DNA of 64,000 nucleotides from a virus. How positions within the stretch are numbered: the stretch's first letter is position 1; each line of letters starts with the position of its first letter. This document shows positions 7,580 through 15,524 of the stretch, in pieces. The notes beneath the pieces are model-generated. The model was given only the letters and a program-made list of their open reading frames with translations, searched no databases and had not been told where the DNA came from. The stretch is from positions 1-64,000 of IMG/VR virus record IMGVR_UViG_3300025646_000028; one strand, written 5' to 3'. The position numbers were made by a program, and so were the translations under genes.

Positions 7580-8512
7580 ATGAATATCTATCAATTAGTA
7601 TTTGGAACTGACTCCGGTCAAGTTCAATGTGTTTTTCATGATGATAGTCGCGCCTCTGCAGGTATTGGTCCTGAACTTCAGTACCATTGTCTTGCATGTG
7701 GTGTATCTGCTCATGATGAAAAAGGTTTTATTGCTAAGTATTTTGGTGTCAGTATTAAACATGCTGAACGTATACGTAATGCTTTAGAAAAAGCAGAGAC
7801 ATATACCTACCAAAAGAATCCATTGACAGATGAACAACGTAAGTATTTAACAAGCATCGGTTTATCAGAGGAAGTTATTAACACTAACTTCTTCTGTGCC
7901 GGTACAGGTAAATTAATTTACGGTCATCAATGGAACGGTGTACAAATTGGTGCGACTTGGTTTAACCATCCAAGCTTATCTAACCACAATGCAAGCGCTG
8001 ATAAATATAAATATCAAGGCGGTGTCATTGCAGGTATGGTAACACCAATGGACACACTTCATAACTTCGATACGATTGTCGTATGTGAAGGTGAAAAAGA
8101 TATGTTAACTGCCCAGTCTATGGGTATTAAACATGCAGTTGCAAAACTAGGTGGTGCACGATCTTATATCATGGGTGGAATACCTATGCAAAATAAGAAG
8201 GTCGTACTTATCTACGATTGTGACGATCCAGGTAGAGAAGGTGCAATACAAGATGCACAAAATCTAACTGAACGTTATGGTTGTACAGTAAAGGTTGTTG
8301 ATCTTGGTCTTGAAGACAAAGGAGATCTCAACGATTACTTTATGAAACATAACAAAACAGTAAAGGATCTTTATCAATTGATTAAAGATACACCTGTGTT
8401 TGTGCCGACACCAGCGATGAAAAAATCTAAGCTGGTCAAAATCATTGAAGGACTTACACCTGACGAACTCAATGAACTTAAACAATTGCTCGATGATGGG
8501 AAAGGAGAATAA
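7580..8512 (+). CDS. DNA primase (CHC2-type Zn finger + TOPRIM)
   Basis: CVFH...CLAC zinc ligands; VVCEGEKD, YDCDDPG and DLNDY TOPRIM motifs. Confidence 0.85.
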   Translation: MNIYQLVFGTDSGQVQCVFHDDSRASAGIGPELQYHCLACGVSAHDEKGFIAKYFGVSIKHAERIRNALEKAETYTYQKNPLTDEQRKYLTSIGLSEEVINTNFFCAGTGKLIYGHQWNGVQIGATWFNHPSLSNHNASADKYKYQGGVIAGMVTPMDTLHNFDTIVVCEGEKDMLTAQSMGIKHAVAKLGGARSYIMGGIPMQNKKVVLIYDCDDPGREGAIQDAQNLTERYGCTVKVVDLGLEDKGDLNDYFMKHNKTVKDLYQLIKDTPVFVPTPAMKKSKLVKIIEGLTPDELNELKQLLDDGKGE

Positions 8513-8513
8513 A

Positions 8514-8966
8514 ATGAACAAACCCTCATTAAAAGACATTCTAAGTAAAGACGCAGCTACTGCTAAAGTAGCAACCAGTATTATTAACGAAGTTTTAGCA
8601 CCTGGTACTTACCTTGCTAAAGTTCTTGGCTTTACCGAAGAAGAAACTTATCAATACATTTCGTTAGAAATTAATAAGAAAAAGTTTAACTTCTTTTACA
8701 ACTACTACTTACGTGGCACAACTGAACTTGATGGTAATCTTGTTAACTGGATTAAAGCACTTGCTACTATCCCTGTTAAAGATGACACCACCTTATTAGA
8801 AATTGCCAATAGTGCTATCGGTTCTACCTTCAAAGTTACTATCTATAACTATGTTTCTAAGACTGGTAAGAACGCTGGTAAAACTCAACACGGATTATCC
8901 TTTAAAGATAAACCTGTGTTAGAAACAACTACGATTGAATCTGAAGAAGTAGAATTACCATTCTAA
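8514..8966 (+). CDS. Putative single-stranded DNA-binding protein (DUF669-like)
   Basis: Acidic C-terminal tail ending EEVELPF; position in the replication module; start moved to ATG 8514 after AAAGGAG. Confidence 0.6.
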   Translation: MNKPSLKDILSKDAATAKVATSIINEVLAPGTYLAKVLGFTEEETYQYISLEINKKKFNFFYNYYLRGTTELDGNLVNWIKALATIPVKDDTTLLEIANSAIGSTFKVTIYNYVSKTGKNAGKTQHGLSFKDKPVLETTTIESEEVELPF

Positions 8967-8976
8967 ATAACACATT

Positions 8977-10299
8977 ATGAAACACGCTTACCTGTTGTAC
9001 ACAGGTTATGGCAAAACAAAAATGTGTCTTGATAAAATAATGGCTGCTCCTACCAAGCCAAGAACATTACTTATTAGTACTAAGAATGTTATTGAATCTT
9101 CATGGGGTAGTGAGATTGAGAAATGGTATCCAGGACAAATAAGTTATGGGTACATTACAGGTAAAATCAAAGAACAAGATAGACTAGATATTGTGAATAA
9201 AGATTACGACATCCTAGGTATGAATACCGAAATGTTGGACTGGTACATCAGTCATACAACAAACGTCAAGCGTAAATCTTACACAAAGCATGGCATTAAA
9301 CTTCACTATGATGAACAAGATCTTATCAAACGATTTGATCTACTTATCATAGATGAAGTAAGCTTGTTCAAAAATTATCGTTCGCAAAGATTTAAACTCA
9401 TTAAAAAATGGGCACATCAAATGAAGAACGTTATGATTTTATCCGCAACTCCTACACCAAAAAACATTGAAGACATCTGGGCTCCTATCTATTTATTAGA
9501 TGGGGGCCAACGGTTAGGTAAAAACATTACAGAGTTTCGCAATAACTATGCGATAGCTGTTCCATTATTTAACGGACAAAACCGTTATCAGTATTCTGTT
9601 GAAGCAACTAATCATGTGCTAAGTCTTATCAAAGACGTATCAACAAGTATACCTGAACCTGATCAAGCACTGTTTCCAGAACCTATTATTAAAAAGATTT
9701 TGATTAAGCCTGACCAAGCTACTCAAGAATTGTTACAACAATTTAAGAATGATTTCATTGTTCAATTGAATAACGGTAATAACTTAATTGCTTTTAGCAA
9801 GACACAGTTAATTGGTAAGATTAATCAGATCGCTAGTGGCAATGTTTATAATCAAGATCAAGTTGTTCATATTAATAACTTGAAGATGATGGTATTACAA
9901 CAACGCTTAGCTACAATACAAACACCAGTACTTGTTACATACACGTACTTGTTTGATAAAGAAGAGTTGTTAAAAATACCTGGAGCAAGATTGCTATCTG
10001 ACAAACAAGACTTCGAAGATTGGAATGCTAACAAAATTAAAGTTGGTATTCTTAGTCCATTCAGTGCAGCACACGGACTCAATCTACAGTATAGTGATTG
10101 TCAAGATATCTTTTGGTTCAGTCCTATATGGGATACAGAAAAGTGGATTCAAACAAATGCACGCGTCTGTAGAAGAGGACAAACAAGACAAGTAACAATC
10201 AATGTATTGTTGCTTAAAGAAAGCTATGACGATTATGCTTTTGAATTATGCCAAGAAAAATTCAGAATGCAATATAGTAACTTGGTAAAATTAAAATGA
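8977..10299 (+). CDS. SF2/SNF2-like helicase
   Basis: GYGKT, IIDEVS, LSATP, HGLNLQ and QTNARVCRRGQ motifs. Confidence 0.85.
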   Translation: MKHAYLLYTGYGKTKMCLDKIMAAPTKPRTLLISTKNVIESSWGSEIEKWYPGQISYGYITGKIKEQDRLDIVNKDYDILGMNTEMLDWYISHTTNVKRKSYTKHGIKLHYDEQDLIKRFDLLIIDEVSLFKNYRSQRFKLIKKWAHQMKNVMILSATPTPKNIEDIWAPIYLLDGGQRLGKNITEFRNNYAIAVPLFNGQNRYQYSVEATNHVLSLIKDVSTSIPEPDQALFPEPIIKKILIKPDQATQELLQQFKNDFIVQLNNGNNLIAFSKTQLIGKINQIASGNVYNQDQVVHINNLKMMVLQQRLATIQTPVLVTYTYLFDKEELLKIPGARLLSDKQDFEDWNANKIKVGILSPFSAAHGLNLQYSDCQDIFWFSPIWDTEKWIQTNARVCRRGQTRQVTINVLLLKESYDDYAFELCQEKFRMQYSNLVKLK

Positions 10300-10311
10300 A
10301 GGGAGACCTGC

Positions 10312-12300
10312 ATGGTCAAATATCTTATCTTCGATACTGAAACCACAGGTCTCAATATCGTTAAAGACAAACCATTTATGTTTCAATATGGGTTAGTAGA
10401 TGAACATCTTCAACTTATAGAATCTAAATGGTTTCATGTTACTGATAAAGTAAGCCGTGATGTATTTCATCAACACTTAAAAAATGTTCCTACAATTGTT
10501 GGACACAACATTAAGTTTGATATTCACATGGCAATCAATGATGGATTTGATATTGAATTATTTCATAACAAAAACTACATTGATACTGCCGTGATGGCAC
10601 GTCTTGTCGTAGATCATGATACACAAACTGATAAAACATTTTCAGTAGCACTAAAACAATTGAGTGTTCGTTACTTAGGTATCGATGCAAACAAAGAAGA
10701 ACGTGCTTTAAAAATGGAACTCAGTGGACTTGTATCTAAACACAAACAACAAATGAAAGATTACTTTATTAGTCAAGGACTTTGGGATAATAAACAAAAC
10801 CAAACAACACAAACAAGAATTCTTAATGAAGTCTATTTGAATTGGAATAAAGTATTTCACTTGTATCCACAACTTACTCAAGCTCGTAAGACATTCTTAA
10901 AAAATAATCCTGAACCAACTTATGAACAATGTTCTAACGTTGTAACATATGGTCTAACAGATATTAAACTTACACACGGCTTACTTAGATTGTGGTATGC
11001 ACGTTTAGTTAAACTAGATCAAGTCGATACACTTCGTAGAATTAGCCAAGCAATTATGCCGCTTGTTGTAATGGAACGTCACGGTCTTACTGTTGATGTT
11101 AAACAAGTACTACAAGATCGTGCCAAGATTGTATCTGAATTAGATAAAACAAAGATCATTGATCCTCGTACTAACACAGAACTATCTATTGGTCAACACG
11201 CAAAGCTTAAAGAATTGTACGAATACGAATCAGGTATGGAACTCAATAGCTCTGATAAAGAAACTCGTAGTGAAATAGAATTACTATCTCCTGCTGCTAA
11301 AGCTGCAAACTATATTGCTAAGTTAGACAAGTATCTCAATACATATGTAAGATCTATCCTTGATAAACTTACAGAAGTTAATGGAGAATACCGTGTCTTT
11401 ACACAATATAATTTAGCAGGTACTGTAACAGGTAGATTGTCATCTGACTTTCAACAGTTTCCTAAAGAAGCAATTGCACTAGCTGATGGATATGAAGTTA
11501 ATATTCGTAGCTGGTTTGTTGTACCTAAACAAGATAAGTACATGTTCTACTTTGACTATAGTCAAATGGAACTACGACTTCAATGTGAATGGACTAGCAT
11601 TGTCAATGGTGAACCAGACATTAATATGGCTCGTGCTTTTACACCGTACAAATGCATACAACGAGATGGTAATTATTATCTCGAAGAAAGTCCAGATGTA
11701 CAATGGAAGCCAACTGACTTACATGCACTGACTGCTAAGAACGCATTTCCAACTGTAGATGAAAGACATCCTGATTGGAGTAACTATCGTCAACTTGGTA
11801 AGCGTACTAACTTTGCAGTTAACTATGGCGCAGCTGCACCTAAAATACAACAAGCATTGAAGGTAGATTTTCCTACTGCACAAGCACTTGTCAATGGTTA
11901 TAAGAAAGCTTTCGCAGGTGTTGTAGCTTTTGGTAATTGGATTAAACGACGTGTGTATATTACTGACAATGTTCCTAACTTATTGTTACGTAGATACTAT
12001 AGTCGTAATAAACATCAGTTGCAAAACTGGTTAGTCCAAGGCAGTGGTGCTGACATACTGTTACTTAAGCTTAGAGAAATTTTTAACTACATTAAAGATA
12101 AACCTCATTGGAAGTTTATGATTACTGTTCATGATGAAATTGGTTTTGTTTGCGGTAATGTAAATGAAACCCAGTTGCATCAAGAAGTAAAAGACATCCA
12201 AAAGATTATGACACATAGTATGAGTGCTATAGATATTATCAGTGACGTAGAATATACAACGACCAAATGGTCAGAAAAGGATGAATGGCATGGAATTTAA
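10312..12300 (+). CDS. polA: Family A DNA polymerase with 3'-5' exonuclease
   Basis: FDTETTG and GHNIKFD exonuclease motifs; TGRLSS; motif A DYSQMELR; motif B RQLGKRTNFAVNYG (Phe at the position equivalent to E. coli 762); motif C VHDE. Confidence 0.92.
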   Translation: MVKYLIFDTETTGLNIVKDKPFMFQYGLVDEHLQLIESKWFHVTDKVSRDVFHQHLKNVPTIVGHNIKFDIHMAINDGFDIELFHNKNYIDTAVMARLVVDHDTQTDKTFSVALKQLSVRYLGIDANKEERALKMELSGLVSKHKQQMKDYFISQGLWDNKQNQTTQTRILNEVYLNWNKVFHLYPQLTQARKTFLKNNPEPTYEQCSNVVTYGLTDIKLTHGLLRLWYARLVKLDQVDTLRRISQAIMPLVVMERHGLTVDVKQVLQDRAKIVSELDKTKIIDPRTNTELSIGQHAKLKELYEYESGMELNSSDKETRSEIELLSPAAKAANYIAKLDKYLNTYVRSILDKLTEVNGEYRVFTQYNLAGTVTGRLSSDFQQFPKEAIALADGYEVNIRSWFVVPKQDKYMFYFDYSQMELRLQCEWTSIVNGEPDINMARAFTPYKCIQRDGNYYLEESPDVQWKPTDLHALTAKNAFPTVDERHPDWSNYRQLGKRTNFAVNYGAAAPKIQQALKVDFPTAQALVNGYKKAFAGVVAFGNWIKRRVYITDNVPNLLLRRYYSRNKHQLQNWLVQGSGADILLLKLREIFNYIKDKPHWKFMITVHDEIGFVCGNVNETQLHQEVKDIQKIMTHSMSAIDIISDVEYTTTKWSEKDEWHGI

Positions 12301-13204
12301 TGCAGACACACATGAGTATACTCATAACAATGAAAAGTATACAAGCGTAACTCAGCTGCTTAAAAAGTACAACCTATCGGTAGACTATGATGGGATACCA
12401 AAAGATGTATTAACTAAAGCAGCTAACCGTGGTAAAGCAACCCACGCAAGTTTAGAATCATATGTTAAAGGAGATCGAAGTGAGCTTAATATAACTAGCG
12501 AAGTAGATCTTTTACATAACTATGTAACTACACGTGGTATTGATTTAGCCACAGCACAATCCGAACAACTTGTCTTTAATGATAAGTATAAGATAGCAGG
12601 TACTGTTGACTTTCAATATGTTGATGGTATTGATAAAGTTATTGCTGACTTCAAGACTACATCTACTTTACATTTAGATGCAGTATCATGGCAGCTAAGT
12701 ATCTATAACTATATCTTATCTGGTGGTGACGTAATGAACTATTACTTTAATAAACTTAAAGTGTTCCATTATACAACCAGTAAGTTATATGTTAAAGATA
12801 TCTATCTTGTAGAGTTCGATCAAGTCGAAGCATTGCTTGAAGCAAATCTAAAAGATGAACCAACATTTAATTATGTTAAACCTAATAAAATTGTTGCTGG
12901 TTCAGATGAACAATTGATTGGTCAAGTGCTTGCAGAAATTGCATCACATAAAGAAATTGTTAGCCGTCTTCAAGATGAATTAGATTTGTTATTAGAAAAA
13001 GCTAAAGAACGTATGGTTCAATCAAATGATTATACATTTGCTAATGATGATTATCGATTGATATATGTACATCCTCAACAACGTACTACTTTAGATAGTA
13101 ATAAAGTTAAAGAATATCTTGAACAACAAGGTCAAGATATTAAAGACTTTATGAAAGAATCTACCACTAAAGATGGTATTAAAGCTGAACTTCGACGACG
13201 TTAA
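12290..13204 (+). CDS. PD-(D/E)XK exonuclease (Cas4/lambda-exo-like)
   Basis: SVTQLL, RGKATH, IAGTVD, IADFKT, WQLSIY motifs; start could be 12281 or 12290. Confidence 0.8.
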   Translation: MEFNADTHEYTHNNEKYTSVTQLLKKYNLSVDYDGIPKDVLTKAANRGKATHASLESYVKGDRSELNITSEVDLLHNYVTTRGIDLATAQSEQLVFNDKYKIAGTVDFQYVDGIDKVIADFKTTSTLHLDAVSWQLSIYNYILSGGDVMNYYFNKLKVFHYTTSKLYVKDIYLVEFDQVEALLEANLKDEPTFNYVKPNKIVAGSDEQLIGQVLAEIASHKEIVSRLQDELDLLLEKAKERMVQSNDYTFANDDYRLIYVHPQQRTTLDSNKVKEYLEQQGQDIKDFMKESTTKDGIKAELRRR

Positions 13205-13210
13205 AATAAC

Positions 13211-13241
13211 AGCGCTGGCATACCGCTATAAATAGTATGCC
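13211..13241 (+). promoter_or_regulatory. H-type pseudoknot candidate directly upstream of the RBS of the Sak4-like gene
   Basis: AGCG(13211-14)/CGCT(13224-27) interleaved with GGCATAC(13217-23)/GTATGCC(13235-41). Confidence 0.5.
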
Positions 13242-13257
13242 TTAAAGGAGAACTAAC

Positions 13258-14166
13258 ATGGCCTTAATATTACAAGCCGCAACTAAAGTATTAAAACCAC
13301 TTAAAGTTTTATCTTATGGTCCAACGTATAGTGGTAAAACATTATCTTCATTGTACTTAGCTGTAGGTTTAGTTATGAAAATTCGTAACTGCAGTGAAGC
13401 TGATGCATACAAACACATTGTTATGATTGACACTGAGTTTGGTCGTGGTGCTTTATACAATAAGATTGGTTTATATAATTATCTTCGTATTGATCCACCG
13501 TATTATACAGAAAAATTAGTAGATATGATTTCTCAACTTAATGAAATGGACCAAGTTGATGTTATTATTATTGACTCACTCACACATTTCTGGGTTAAAG
13601 AAGGTGGTATCTTAGATCAAAAAGCTGCCAAAGATAAACTTGGTGGTAACTCTTATACTAACTGGCAAGACTTTACTGCTAAGTTTAATAAGATGATTGA
13701 TAGTATTCTTACTTCACCAAAGCATATCTTTACTACAGCACGTGCTAAAACTGATACCGCATTAGTAACAGGTGACAATGGTAAAGCTACACCAAAATCT
13801 TATGGTCTTAAACCTGAGTTGCGTGATAACGTAGAATATGATTTCGATATTGTATTTAACATTGATAAGCAATCTCACAACCTTATCGTAGATAAAGGTG
13901 TACCAGGTCTAAAACCTGTGTATGAGATTGCAACCGTAGATACTGGTAAAGAAATCTATAGTCTATTTAGCGCAGATGCTGTCATCCCTGCTCGTACTAA
14001 ATCGGATATTGCTGATAGTATTCGTGCTGTAGCTAAAGCTAATAGTATGATTCCATTTGTTCAACTAGAATTACGTGGTCGTAAACTGGAAGACTTAGAA
14101 GAATCTGATATGCTTAGTTTAGAAAAAGCTTTACTTGATAACGTCAAGAAAATGCAATCTAAATAA
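13258..14166 (+). CDS. Sak4-like (AAA_24) ssDNA-annealing ATPase
   Basis: YGPTYSGKT, IDTE, IIDSLTHFW and EYDFD motifs; adjacent exonuclease. Confidence 0.8.
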   Translation: MALILQAATKVLKPLKVLSYGPTYSGKTLSSLYLAVGLVMKIRNCSEADAYKHIVMIDTEFGRGALYNKIGLYNYLRIDPPYYTEKLVDMISQLNEMDQVDVIIIDSLTHFWVKEGGILDQKAAKDKLGGNSYTNWQDFTAKFNKMIDSILTSPKHIFTTARAKTDTALVTGDNGKATPKSYGLKPELRDNVEYDFDIVFNIDKQSHNLIVDKGVPGLKPVYEIATVDTGKEIYSLFSADAVIPARTKSDIADSIRAVAKANSMIPFVQLELRGRKLEDLEESDMLSLEKALLDNVKKMQSK

Positions 14167-14168
14167 TT

Positions 14169-14936
14169 ATGGCTAATATCAGTGATGCTTCTGGTGTCAT
14201 TGATATCAAAGGTGCATGGACTGAAGATCAAATTAAATCACTTTCTTATGTTTTATTCTTTCAAAACAATTTTGGTGATTATGGTTTTCAGTTCATAAAC
14301 TTTGATGCGGTGTACCAATCGCTTATTAAAGAACGTTCCGTACCTTTTAGTGGCACAGGTCGTTGGTCATTCACTACTAATTTATCTTCGTTTACTGAAT
14401 GGACAGATCTAACAAAAGATAGTTTTGAATTAGTTGATAAAACTATACCATTACAACAACAGATAAGTTATGCTCAATATTGCAAACATCGAATAAATAC
14501 AATGACAGCTTTAACATCTAAAGATCGTAGTTTAGATATTGTGTTTGCTGATTATGAACCTGGTGTTAGTATGGCATATCAAGCAACAGGTAGTATTGTA
14601 GGTGTTATATCTTATGATAGTATAACTAAAGAAACTGATGCTAGATTTGAATACATAGAAAAAAGTGTAAAAGAATATGAATGTAATTTAAAATTTTTAA
14701 CAGAATTTGTATTAGGTAATGACTTAGATAAATTGTGGAATGTTTGTTATTCTATTATTAGTAGACATTACGGAGACCTTATAAAAATACATAAAGAAAA
14801 TTCAATAGATATTTTAATAGAGTTTGTAATGAAGGATCCTGAATGGTATAACTTAAGGGATTCTGAATATGAAGAAGTACAATCTGTCCCGGAAGAAATC
14901 CAAAACTTCCTATCAAATATGGTGAAGGGAGGATAG
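14169..14936 (+). CDS. Hypothetical protein
   Basis: 255-aa ORF in the operon. Confidence 0.7.
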   Translation: MANISDASGVIDIKGAWTEDQIKSLSYVLFFQNNFGDYGFQFINFDAVYQSLIKERSVPFSGTGRWSFTTNLSSFTEWTDLTKDSFELVDKTIPLQQQISYAQYCKHRINTMTALTSKDRSLDIVFADYEPGVSMAYQATGSIVGVISYDSITKETDARFEYIEKSVKEYECNLKFLTEFVLGNDLDKLWNVCYSIISRHYGDLIKIHKENSIDILIEFVMKDPEWYNLRDSEYEEVQSVPEEIQNFLSNMVKGG

Positions 14937-15200
14937 ATGAATGTCAAAGATTTAGTATCTAAGTTTTATTACGACGCTAGTAAACCTGTTGTATTTATTA
15001 TTAATGATAAAAGCTACACTTATTATGAAGTAGTAGATAATCCTGTATTATTGAAAATGGAAATTAATAAAATAGAAATACAAGGTAAAGTTTATGAATT
15101 AACAAGTGATGATGTTTTACAATATAACTCTCATGTTATACATGATTTTGTTATACCTGATAACGCTCATTACTTTTTAATTAAAATTATTATTAAATGA
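14937..15200 (+). CDS. Hypothetical protein
   Basis: Abuts the previous stop; GGAGG RBS. Confidence 0.6.
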   Translation: MNVKDLVSKFYYDASKPVVFIINDKSYTYYEVVDNPVLLKMEINKIEIQGKVYELTSDDVLQYNSHVIHDFVIPDNAHYFLIKIIIK

Positions 15201-15214
15201 AAGGAGGAATAAGT

Positions 15215-15433
15215 ATGTATTCATATACATTTAATGGTATTACTTATACAGCTAACACAGTTCTTGAACTTCAAATGAAGTTAGAACAAGTTGGATGTAC
15301 TGATGATATTATTGCATTCTTTAATCAAGAAGCTTTAGCATCTTTACAAGATGATGAAGATCTTGCTAATGCAGATATGCAAGAAGAAGTTGTAACAGAC
15401 TTTGAAGATGATGGTTTAAATCAACTAAACTAA
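15215..15433 (+). CDS. Small, very acidic protein (72 aa)
   Basis: AAGGAGG RBS before ATG 15215; about 16 Asp/Glu versus 1 Lys. Confidence 0.7.
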   Translation: MYSYTFNGITYTANTVLELQMKLEQVGCTDDIIAFFNQEALASLQDDEDLANADMQEEVVTDFEDDGLNQLN

Positions 15434-15434
15434 C

Positions 15435-15522
15435 TAAACAATTCTAGGGGGATTGTTTACTTAGGTCAACTATAATGCCCGTCTTATAGTTGGTGTATCC
15501 GAGGTATGGCTACCTGACGGGC
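15435..15522. other. Structured element (hairpin plus pseudoknot) at the convergence of the two arms
   Basis: CAACTATAA/TTATAGTTG stem whose loop GCCCGTC is complementary to GACGGGC (15516-22); additional stems AGGTA/TACCT and TAAACAAT/ATTGTTTA. Confidence 0.55.
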
Positions 15523-15524
15523 TT

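Noticed and set aside
10312-12300. Intein or intron in the DNA polymerase
   Set aside because: Insertions are short and lack intein splice-junction or homing endonuclease motifs; all polymerase motifs are in one frame
15467-15522. Hammerhead ribozyme call for the junction element (also considered for 311-365)
   Set aside because: The CUGANGA and GAAA core is not present in the required arrangement on either strand
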